In this document: piece after piece, positions 16,302 through 24,711 of the stretch
Layout of the letters: each line of letters begins with the position of its first letter
Position numbering within the stretch: position 1 is the first letter of the stretch
Origin: a virus
Lineage: Duplodnaviria; Heunggongvirae; Uroviricota; Caudoviricetes
DNA length: 33,505 nt
Virus record (IMG/VR): IMGVR_UViG_3300028584_000450
Location: 223,394 to 256,898 of that record
Reading direction: 5' to 3' (one strand)
Program-made: the position numbers and the translations under genes
The notes under the pieces: generated by a model
Database searches by the model: none
The model's input: the letters and a program-made list of their open reading frames with translations, nothing else
What the model was told of the DNA's origin: nothing

Positions 16302-17428
16302 CGTTACCTTCAATAAGGATCGCGACTCCTTATCCGCAGCATTACCTGCAGCTACATGTTTCCATGCAGACGAGACTATATCATTATCCTATATTTTATT
16401 TTATTTTAAATTATTACATGTTTCCAAGTTTTATTATCTCTAATTCTATAAATTGTTGCTGGACTGACATTATATAACTTAGCAATATGTTTTCCAACTT
16501 CTCCATTCTGAAGCCTCAATTTAATAGACACAACATCAGATTTAAGTAATGTTGCGACATTAGTAGGACAATCAGGATCAACAATTCGATTATATAAATC
16601 ACTAAGTGGAATGATTAACTGATTAGTTATATGTGTCCAAGTCAATCCTCTTAGAATTCTCATAATTGCAATATAATTCACATTATATATTTTTGAAATA
16701 TATGTTGCACTTTGTCCATCATAACGCCCATTATAAATATCAGTTAAGATACATCGAACAATATCATCCGTTAGCTTGGAACCAAAAACATCAGTTCCTT
16801 TTGCTTGTCGATTAGCAGCAACCATATCATCGGAATTATCCTGAACTGTTCCAGGTAGAAGGTGATTTGGATTAACACAACTTGGATTATTGCAAGTATG
16901 TCTGATTAAAAGATCATTTGGAATTTTACCATTATATATATAATATGAAATTCGATGAGCTTTATGTGGTGTATTATTAATCCCAATATTATAATGTCCA
17001 TTCCGATCAGGAGTATAATCCATTTTCCAACAATCATCTGGACAATTCTTCCAATCTGTAATTATATGGGAATAAAATCTATCTATATCTTTTTGAGTTA
17101 AATTAATTTCTAACATATTTTCCTCCTTATATAAGGAAAACATATAACTGGTGGAGGTGAGAATAAATTAATATAAGTAATTCATTCAAGGTCTGCAGGA
17201 CCATGTCCCTCCATATAAAATATAAAATATAGGATCTCTTGCGCTTCGAACCCGCTTGGGTTCTACTCTACTCCCACAGATAGCATCTGGGTTTCGATAG
17301 TCGTTGCACGTTCCCTAATATTAGGGCTTCGCTCAGGATTGCCATAGGATCTCTCCCTTAAGTATTCCCTGAATTCACAAGTTTATTCGATTACCATTAC
17401 TGGTAAAAGGGGCTATTTATGGCCATTA
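16302..17428 (-). mobile_element. Group I intron (IA-like), 1127 nt, with HNH ORF in the P8 loop
   Basis: P1 GGGU/GCCC with U-G; AATTCAGGGAA, AATCCTGAGC, CAACGACTA ... ATATAGTCT; P3 CTTGTG/CGCAAG; P8 ATCCTATATTTTAT/ATAAAATATAGGAT flanks the ORF; ends ACG like intron 1. Confidence 0.85.
16406..17116 (-). CDS. Intron-encoded HNH homing endonuclease with two C-terminal HTH-like repeats
   Basis: AHRISY...IRHTCNNPSCVNPNHL...N; start moved to the ATG after AAGGAGG; duplicated K-x-YNV...I..I....TW.H domain. Confidence 0.88.
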   Translation of the reverse strand: MLEINLTQKDIDRFYSHIITDWKNCPDDCWKMDYTPDRNGHYNIGINNTPHKAHRISYYIYNGKIPNDLLIRHTCNNPSCVNPNHLLPGTVQDNSDDMVAANRQAKGTDVFGSKLTDDIVRCILTDIYNGRYDGQSATYISKIYNVNYIAIMRILRGLTWTHITNQLIIPLSDLYNRIVDPDCPTNVATLLKSDVVSIKLRLQNGEVGKHIAKLYNVSPATIYRIRDNKTWKHVII

Positions 17429-18061
17429 ACCCTGCCATGTACTGTTTCGTCCTACATGTTCAGATGCACCAGGATATGCTGCTATAATTTTATCACGATG
17501 CATTCCGGGAGCAAATTTCCCCCAATGAGTTATACTCCAGTCTAAACCCGCACGATAGTCAGCACTCCCAAGATCTAGATCGAATGGACAAAATTTCAAA
17601 AAATCAGTAGCTCGAAGAACCATATGTCCAGCTCGGGCGGTATTCTTCCAAAGCCAACCATCTTCATCTTTATCAATAATATCATGTTCAGGAGAATTAT
17701 AAAAAGTTGCAATATGTGCAGTTAGACATGAATGCAATTTATCGCATAATAATGTAAAATCTTCAAAAAATTCATTATCTTGATCACTAAGCATTACATA
17801 TTTACAATCATTAAAAAATCCACTTTTAAAAACTGCATTTGTTCCACCACGTTGTCCTAGATTCTGTGGTAATGCAATTACTTGAATATCATCAAATTCA
17901 GAACAAACTGCAATTGATTTATCTTGAAGATTTCTATCATCACTTTGCTCAAGCACACAAATCTTATCATCTTTACTTTTATGAGCAATTATAGATTTTA
18001 AAGTATTTCTGAGGTATTCTGGTCGGTTAAAAGAAAGGATTTGAATTCCGATTCGATACAT
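17429..18061 (-). CDS. Multidomain glycosyltransferase, exon 1 (GT2 domain)
   Basis: IQILSFNRPEYLRNTLKSI, VLEQSDD, NLGQRGG, LSDQD. Confidence 0.8.
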
Positions 18062-18073
18062 TTCTACTCCTTA

Positions 18074-18808
18074 TTAAAGTAATGATTTTTGGAAAAGTCT
18101 ACTAATTAGGTCATTTCCTGTAAGAAGTCCAACTTTAGTTAAAGGTGGATTCATTGCGGAGAATACTTTATTAAATAAATAATGCAAGCATATATCAGAG
18201 TCTAAAATATACTCTAAATTATCAGTATTAAAAAATTTATCTCTATGTCGATATGTAATTGGAGATATAGATCCAAGATCACGAAATATGGGTTTATTGT
18301 CTACACAAATAGGAGTCAACATACTAGATCCTAAATCACACCAATTCATATTATATGATGCATCTATTCGACGATCTTGGCGGTTAGCATATTCAGTAAT
18401 TATTTTTCCATTTTGAATAGATGATATAACACCATTTGTACATATACCCTCATTATTTGTGCGACAATTAAAATCTATAATAGGTGAAAATAATCTATCT
18501 AATGGTCCCATAACAATAGAATCGGCATCAATCCAAAGTCCACCAAACTTCTTTAATAATGCAACTCGAATATAATCCACTTTCAACGAAATATTCTGTG
18601 AAGGAATATTTGATACATGAATTTTATTAAGATCTGTACGAATATCTGGAAGAAATTCAAAAAGATTCTTATCAGTAACTATCATGAAAGAAGATGGATC
18701 AAGGTGTTTTTTCATTGTTTCAAAACACAAATTAATAAGTTCAGAAGGTTGAGTTTGTCCAGGTGGACATTCCCAATATGTCCAAATCATAGTATTAAGA
18801 GAAATCAA
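18074..18808 (-). CDS. GT32 / capsular polysaccharide synthesis-type glycosyltransferase
   Basis: IWTYW start; KVDYIRVALLKKFGGLWIDAD DxD motif. Confidence 0.85.
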   Translation of the reverse strand: MISLNTMIWTYWECPPGQTQPSELINLCFETMKKHLDPSSFMIVTDKNLFEFLPDIRTDLNKIHVSNIPSQNISLKVDYIRVALLKKFGGLWIDADSIVMGPLDRLFSPIIDFNCRTNNEGICTNGVISSIQNGKIITEYANRQDRRIDASYNMNWCDLGSSMLTPICVDNKPIFRDLGSISPITYRHRDKFFNTDNLEYILDSDICLHYLFNKVFSAMNPPLTKVGLLTGNDLISRLFQKSLL

Positions 18809-18872
18809 TATATTATCCTTAATTTTTATAGTTAAATGACTAATATAATTTCATATGTTTAGTATTTAAAAA

Positions 18873-18901
18873 ATGCCTAAAGAATATTAATCTCTAGGCA
18901 T
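18873..18901 (-). terminator. Hairpin, possible terminator
   Basis: ATGCCTA/TAGGCAT stem with a T-run on the - strand, between the 348-aa gene and the GT cluster. Confidence 0.5.
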
Positions 18902-18937
18902 ATTAATTATCTTAAATAAAAGATTAATTCGAGTGTA

Positions 18938-19984
18938 TTATTTTTCTGGTTCTGATTCTGAATTATATCCAGTAAATTCTGGGGTTTTATAAACAAAATC
19001 ATCATCAATTAGATGATCTAATCCAATTCTAGAAACAACTTTCTTATATTCACCCTTAAAATTATCATACATATCATCGAGAAACTTATGAAGATGTGTA
19101 ATTCCAGGAGCTTCTCCATTTTTCATCATCATTTCACAACTTGCAAGATATCTACGACCCAATTGCACAGCCACATATGGATGAACTCCCATTTGTTCGA
19201 GATATTCATGCGTTCCAACATTGAGAGCTCCAGTCATCGTTAGATCTCGAATAGTGTGAAGAAATGCCATACGAACATGTTCAGAGATTTCATTCTCTTC
19301 AAAATATTTCTCATCCCAATTTTCAGGAATATCACAATTCTTCATAATCTGTTCGTATGCAGTCTGATATTGACCAATCTCTTTAAGAGCAGCTTCAATA
19401 TAAATATTAGCATCAGTTATATTACAAACTTTCTCTTCAATATCAATTTCAATAAGATCGAGTTCCCTCTTCTTATTATTAACATCAATAGTTCTAAGTT
19501 TCGTTGTTACTTCATCAATCATAACAGGGTTTGCATTGGACATTACAATTTTTTGATATTGTTTAACCGTACCTCTTAATGAATCTCTACGCTCAATCAA
19601 TTCTTCAAGATTAATTCGATCGCGACGAAGCTTAAATATATTTTCTTTAAGAGCTCCACGCTTACGCTCAATTTTAGCAAGACATTGCTTCATACGATGA
19701 AGTGGTCCAGTAGCAAGCATCGTCAAACTCATCAACCGACCAGAAACTTGTGAATTCTGTTTACCAAATAATTTAGTAGCACGGTTAATTTCTGGCATCT
19801 TATCGGCAATCTGATTAAGCTGCATATCGCCAATTGCCGTAAATTCAACTAGGGATGTTGATGTTGGATCGCCTGCTCTTGAAAAAATTTGGATAAATCG
19901 ATTTGATTTATCCAAAAGGTCAGAATAATTAGTAGTTGACAAATCTTTAATTGAAACATCAATTGGAATAAGATCTTGAGTCAT
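18938..19984 (-). CDS. Hypothetical coiled-coil protein (348 aa)
   Basis: Long helical, charged ORF with AAGGA RBS; heptad-like central region. Confidence 0.7.
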   Translation of the reverse strand: MTQDLIPIDVSIKDLSTTNYSDLLDKSNRFIQIFSRAGDPTSTSLVEFTAIGDMQLNQIADKMPEINRATKLFGKQNSQVSGRLMSLTMLATGPLHRMKQCLAKIERKRGALKENIFKLRRDRINLEELIERRDSLRGTVKQYQKIVMSNANPVMIDEVTTKLRTIDVNNKKRELDLIEIDIEEKVCNITDANIYIEAALKEIGQYQTAYEQIMKNCDIPENWDEKYFEENEISEHVRMAFLHTIRDLTMTGALNVGTHEYLEQMGVHPYVAVQLGRRYLASCEMMMKNGEAPGITHLHKFLDDMYDNFKGEYKKVVSRIGLDHLIDDDFVYKTPEFTGYNSESEPEK

Positions 19985-20024
19985 TGGTAATCCTTTATTA
20001 ATTATATGTGAGAGGGTATTATTA

Positions 20025-20099
20025 TGGAAGGGATGGCTAGGATCAAACTAGCGACATGTTGAATCAAAATCAACCGTTCTGTCACTGAACTACATCCCT
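20025..20099 (-). tRNA. tRNA-Gln (TTG), copy 1
   Basis: Acceptor AGGGATG/CATCCCT, D-stem GTTC/GAAC, anticodon arm GTTGA-TTTTGAT-TCAAC, T-arm GCTAG-TTTGATC-CTAGC, encoded CCA. Confidence 0.8.
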
Positions 20100-20118
20100 T
20101 AATTTTTTATCTAAATAG

Positions 20119-20205
20119 TGGTACCCGAGGTCAGATTCGAACTGACAAGAGGATAATCCTCTAGGGATTTTAAGTCCCTTGCGGTTTCCATTTCGCCACT
20201 CGGGC
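20119..20205 (-). tRNA. tRNA-Leu (TAA)
   Basis: GCCCGAG acceptor, AGGGA-CTTAAAA-TCCCT anticodon arm, long variable arm, GTTCGAATC, ACCA end. Confidence 0.92.
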
Positions 20206-20216
20206 ATATGCTTTAG

Positions 20217-20291
20217 TGGAAGAGAGTATTGGACTTGAACCAATAACATTCAGCGTCAAAGGCTGACGTTCCACCATTGAACTAACTCTCT
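20217..20291 (-). tRNA. tRNA-Gln (TTG), copy 2
   Basis: AGAGAGT/ACTCTCT acceptor, TCAGC-CTTTGAC-GCTGA anticodon arm, GTTCAAG T-loop, CCA. Confidence 0.88.
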
Positions 20292-20301
20292 TCAAATAAA
20301 A

Positions 20302-20367
20302 TTATAGCAGAAGGTCCCGACCCTTCATCTTTAGCGTCCTAATGTTTTACCATTAAACTATACTATA
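20302..20367 (-). ncRNA. tRNA-like element with truncated anticodon arm
   Basis: Acceptor TATAGTA/TGCTATA, D-arm GTTT-AATGGTA-AAAC, T-stem GAAGG/CCTTC; the anticodon arm is only TTAG-GACG-CTAA; no CCA. Confidence 0.6.
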
Positions 20368-20373
20368 ATATTG

Positions 20374-21177
20374 TTACATAAATACAAACATACCATTGTG
20401 TCTTGGCTGTACACTTGTATCTACATATATATTAAATCCAAATTCTTCTCGGAGAACTCGACAAACATGAAAATCCTCAGAATCATAATGTCCATCCACA
20501 ACCCCAGTCTTGAAAACATTATAGTGTTTCATTTCTGAAGAAACTGTACCGCGACTAAATGGATTTGGATCATATGTATTGTCGTCATCGATAGCTTTCT
20601 GGATTAATTTATTAACAACCTTTCGAGATAGAATCATAACTGCTGTTCCAACTCGATCTACTTCTAAAAGATCATCGTCAACTTTATCTAAAACTTTACC
20701 AATATTATATACAGGCTTACCTTCAGAATCGAATCCTTTAAGTGCAACAGGTGCTGCAATGATATCTTTATTATGAGACATCAATTTCAACAATCCATCT
20801 GCTGGAAGGAAAATATCAGAATCAATAAATACAAGATGAGTAAAATCTTTCATCATATGAAAATATGAAATAACTGAATTTCGTCCTCTTGGAATTAATG
20901 ATTCATTCCCAATAGTCATGACGGTAAATGGAATTCCACATCTATGAAAGTCAATTATTGAATGGAGATAATCAGTATGAACCATTGCATTATATGCTGG
21001 TGTACCGATAAATAAGTTCATAGTTTTCATATGTTCTGGAATATTAGTAGCATCAAAAAGAGGGGCATTTCCATTTCCTGCAAAATTATCATTAGCATGT
21101 TTTGGAATCTTATCTACATTATCATTCGTAGTAATAGGTGCAATGTCATGTACAAGTTTAATAGTATCATTATTCAT
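20374..21177 (-). CDS. GT-A fold glycosyltransferase-like protein
   Basis: LFIGTPAY, ESLIPRGRN, LVFIDSDI (DxD), SEDFHVC. Confidence 0.75.
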   Translation of the reverse strand: MNNDTIKLVHDIAPITTNDNVDKIPKHANDNFAGNGNAPLFDATNIPEHMKTMNLFIGTPAYNAMVHTDYLHSIIDFHRCGIPFTVMTIGNESLIPRGRNSVISYFHMMKDFTHLVFIDSDIFLPADGLLKLMSHNKDIIAAPVALKGFDSEGKPVYNIGKVLDKVDDDLLEVDRVGTAVMILSRKVVNKLIQKAIDDDNTYDPNPFSRGTVSSEMKHYNVFKTGVVDGHYDSEDFHVCRVLREEFGFNIYVDTSVQPRHNGMFVFM

Positions 21178-21259
21178 TAAAATATCTCCTGTGTGTTTTT
21201 AAAGTACCTTATTATAATGGTATTATATCTATTTAATATTGTTCCGTTTTACATAAAAA

Positions 21260-22588
21260 TTAAAAGGACCAAGCAAAAATATCATTGATGCTATATGAAC
21301 CGGTAGAAATAATAGTAAATGATCTATCAGAATGAAGTACAGTCACATCTGTATCCCCACATGTAATATCAATAGCATTTGTTATCGAATTCATAATTAC
21401 CTTTTGAGCCTCTGTAAATGCTCCAGAATACTTAATAGTATTAGAATTTGTAATTGCAGCACACATCGTTCGACCACATGAAATTTTATTAATATTTGTC
21501 CAAGATGAAACATCAAATTCAAATCCAATGGTAGTGTTATTTAACTGTTTCATAAGATATTGATATCCACATGCATCAATATCTACAATATTTGATAATT
21601 CTTCAACTTCACTTTTAACAGTACTATTTGATGTGAATGCTTTAACTAATTTATTTTCGGTAAGTCCAAGAATCCCATATTCAAAAACTGCAATTTTTAT
21701 AAAAGTATCTGTAGATGCAGATATCTGAGAAACTAAATCTGATATATATTGTCCTTGAACTAAAATGTGACCATTTAGAGTCAGGGCGGCTATTATATTC
21801 GAAGATATACCAACTTGGGTAATTTCAATATTATTCCAAAGGTCTGGATCGAAATTAGTAAATGTACTAGAAACTAATATATCATTATTAATATCAATTC
21901 CAGCACAATAATCATGTCCAGTGGTAATAAATTCTAAATTTTTCCAAACCAAAGAAGAAAGAATTCCAGTCGATAATAATCTATTGATATCACTAATACC
22001 AACAATAGTATGATCGGATTTAATATTATGATTTTCTACAAAAGATAATCCTGGATAATATGGTAATGTAGAATTAAAAATCCAAGAAGTATCACATTTT
22101 GCAATCCATCGATTTGGAGATATGCAAGTTAATTCAATATTGCATTGATTACCAATAATATTTTCAATATAAGAACAATTCTGACCATTAACTTTAACAA
22201 ATGTATTGAATTCAATTTTAAGTATCTGTGAATTGAATTTGAATATATTTAGTTTAGTACCTTGAGTTAAACAACTAGGAATATTAATAATCTGGGTTAA
22301 CGTATTATTGCAAATATAAAAATCATATTGAAAATCAATTAATAATGATAATGATGAATTATTATATACTGTTCGTTGTTTAGATTCTACGTATTGAAAT
22401 TTCTCCCAATGATTTGATTTATATATATTTAATTTATGATCATGTAATGTAACAGCAATATATCCGTTTATTGGATTTATAATATTGAGTAATTCAGAAT
22501 CATTAGAAACCTTTAATATATTCTCCTTACGAATACCATTATTAAATATATCAGTAGATTGTAAGTTTAAATTTCCATAATAATCCAT
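21260..22588 (-). CDS. Tail fibre/adhesin-like paralog with RCC1-like repeat C-terminus
   Basis: Shared N-module (YGNLN...NDSEL...TLHDHKLNIY...W); ISCGRTMCAAI, GHDYCAGI, CGDTDVTVL repeats. Confidence 0.6.
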   Translation of the reverse strand: MDYYGNLNLQSTDIFNNGIRKENILKVSNDSELLNIINPINGYIAVTLHDHKLNIYKSNHWEKFQYVESKQRTVYNNSSLSLLIDFQYDFYICNNTLTQIINIPSCLTQGTKLNIFKFNSQILKIEFNTFVKVNGQNCSYIENIIGNQCNIELTCISPNRWIAKCDTSWIFNSTLPYYPGLSFVENHNIKSDHTIVGISDINRLLSTGILSSLVWKNLEFITTGHDYCAGIDINNDILVSSTFTNFDPDLWNNIEITQVGISSNIIAALTLNGHILVQGQYISDLVSQISASTDTFIKIAVFEYGILGLTENKLVKAFTSNSTVKSEVEELSNIVDIDACGYQYLMKQLNNTTIGFEFDVSSWTNINKISCGRTMCAAITNSNTIKYSGAFTEAQKVIMNSITNAIDITCGDTDVTVLHSDRSFTIISTGSYSINDIFAWSF

Positions 22589-22695
22589 ATTAAATTCCTT
22601 AAAATTCCTAATAGACTAATCCCATTTAGCCAGGTGGAAATTATTTTTAAAATGTCCTTAGATAGATTTGTTTATAATTAACGGCAAAATTTGAG

Positions 22696-24159
22696 TTATA
22701 TTCCAATATTATAAAATCCATTAGCAACTGAAGGCGTTCCACCAGAAGAGTTAGTAGATATGACAGTCCCATCCGATTTGATTGCTGTGAAAAAATATGG
22801 ACTTGCTGTAGCAAATAATATATCTCGATTTCTCCAAAGTTCTGGGTTATGTAGTTGGGTATTATATCCATAATATCCAGCAGTATTATATACTAATCCA
22901 CTTTTTGCAACAGCCAATATCTGATTATATCCACCTCCAATAGTTTTAATAGGATCTGTTGGCATAACATGCGTCCAATTCAAATTAGTTCGTATAATTT
23001 GATATGGCATATTTTGAAAAAAGATAGATCCATTTGTAAGATAAGAACCATCATCAAATAAAATCATAGATGCAACATCATATGATCCTGCACAATCAAT
23101 TGGTTTGCGAATCCCATCATATTTCCAAATTACCTTTGGAGGGGTTTGTGGATATTGCCAATTAAAATACTCAACACTCCCATCTCTATTAATCCAATAA
23201 ACTTGATATGTTGATAAAAATAAAATCCTAAATGGACTTCTTTCACTTTTACATGTAATTGTTGGATATCCAGAATAATTAATAATAATTGTACCATCAG
23301 CACGAATTGCGACACCACCATATATATTCATATCATAATCAATTATATTATAATATCCAGATTCTTGACTCATGTCTATAGTAGTTATACTTGTTTTACT
23401 TGTTGCTAAACTACCATCTGATCGAACCCCAACAAGATCAAGATATCTCGAACTAAGTTGAATAATCGAATTATCAAATCCATTAGCAGGTGTAATTGGT
23501 ATAGTATATGTTGAATTACCACAAGAAGCAATCCCACCATCCGAACGAATTGCAAAAATATTATAATATCCACAACATAATATATTACTATATTTAAGGT
23601 AAAAATCTCGTGGCCGAGTTAATCTATATGAATCATAGCAATTTAATGTCCCGAAATTATTTATTATACCCCAACAATTATAGGACGTTGCAAGAAGTGT
23701 AACTGAAGAATTAACCCCAACAATATCAATCTCAACATCTGAAGAATTAACATATTCATCATTAAAATAATTTGGTCTGATTGATAGTTTATCAATTCCA
23801 GTATTAATGAATGTAAATGATAATCCAGATTTCCAAGCAGGTAAATTAAAATACACTGGATACTTACAATTATAAATAAATGTATATCCATTATTAGAAT
23901 CAATATTGGTTGGAATGATATCAAATTCACAAGATGCTAAAGATATTGGAGTTTCATTTTGTTTAATCCATAAATTCAAAGGCCCAGAATATATATATAG
24001 TTTATAATTAGACAAATTAATAGCTAATTGTCCAATCTCTATAGGTAAATTAATTAAATCAATCTCAGAAGAAACTATATGGATTCCGAATTTAAACTCA
24101 GTTTGTGTATTATATAATTTACTACCTGGAAGAAAATTAAGATCTGCATAACACTTCAT
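22696..24159 (-). CDS. Tail fibre/adhesin-like paralog with RCC1-like repeat C-terminus
   Basis: Start moved to MKCYADL (GGAG RBS, abuts the upstream stop); CCGYYNIFAIRSDG, GGVAIRADG, FFTAIKSDG repeats. Confidence 0.6.
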   Translation of the reverse strand: MKCYADLNFLPGSKLYNTQTEFKFGIHIVSSEIDLINLPIEIGQLAINLSNYKLYIYSGPLNLWIKQNETPISLASCEFDIIPTNIDSNNGYTFIYNCKYPVYFNLPAWKSGLSFTFINTGIDKLSIRPNYFNDEYVNSSDVEIDIVGVNSSVTLLATSYNCWGIINNFGTLNCYDSYRLTRPRDFYLKYSNILCCGYYNIFAIRSDGGIASCGNSTYTIPITPANGFDNSIIQLSSRYLDLVGVRSDGSLATSKTSITTIDMSQESGYYNIIDYDMNIYGGVAIRADGTIIINYSGYPTITCKSERSPFRILFLSTYQVYWINRDGSVEYFNWQYPQTPPKVIWKYDGIRKPIDCAGSYDVASMILFDDGSYLTNGSIFFQNMPYQIIRTNLNWTHVMPTDPIKTIGGGYNQILAVAKSGLVYNTAGYYGYNTQLHNPELWRNRDILFATASPYFFTAIKSDGTVISTNSSGGTPSVANGFYNIGI

Positions 24160-24160
24160 A

Positions 24161-24703
24161 TTAATCTCCAATAAATTTCCAAGGACCATATTGATTAATT
24201 ATTATCCAGTGAATTGAATCAATACATAATAATGTTATTGAATCTAATTGTCCAGAAGTAGAGTTATTCTCAATATGATATCCAAGATTATTTGAAATAA
24301 TGTTATTTACATTAGCCTTTATTATAAATTTATAATTAGGAGCAGATATAGTTTTAATAAAAGTATAATATATTCCAGACATTGCAGGTGGTAATGTGAA
24401 TGCGATATGTTTTTTAGTAACATTATACTCATCCGTATGGATTAATCCGGAATCTCCAATCGTAAGACTATAATTAGATGGTTTTGGATTAATTAATTGT
24501 CTGAATTTAATCCAAATATTAGAAGAAATATCATAAATATTAAAAAAATAATCATATAAAGTCAATATAATATCACCATCTTCAATTCCATATAATGATA
24601 GTAAATCAACATCATTCTGGACCCATTCTATACCACATGAATATAAAATATCATTACTTTGTAAATTTCCATTATAAATCTTTATATCTCCATTAACATC
24701 CAT
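24161..24703 (-). CDS. Tail fibre-like paralog lacking a propeller domain
   Basis: N-module plus FTLPPA..G..YTFIK...SITL....HW domain only. Confidence 0.6.
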   Translation of the reverse strand: MDVNGDIKIYNGNLQSNDILYSCGIEWVQNDVDLLSLYGIEDGDIILTLYDYFFNIYDISSNIWIKFRQLINPKPSNYSLTIGDSGLIHTDEYNVTKKHIAFTLPPAMSGIYYTFIKTISAPNYKFIIKANVNNIISNNLGYHIENNSTSGQLDSITLLCIDSIHWIIINQYGPWKFIGD

Positions 24704-24711
24704 ATTAACTC

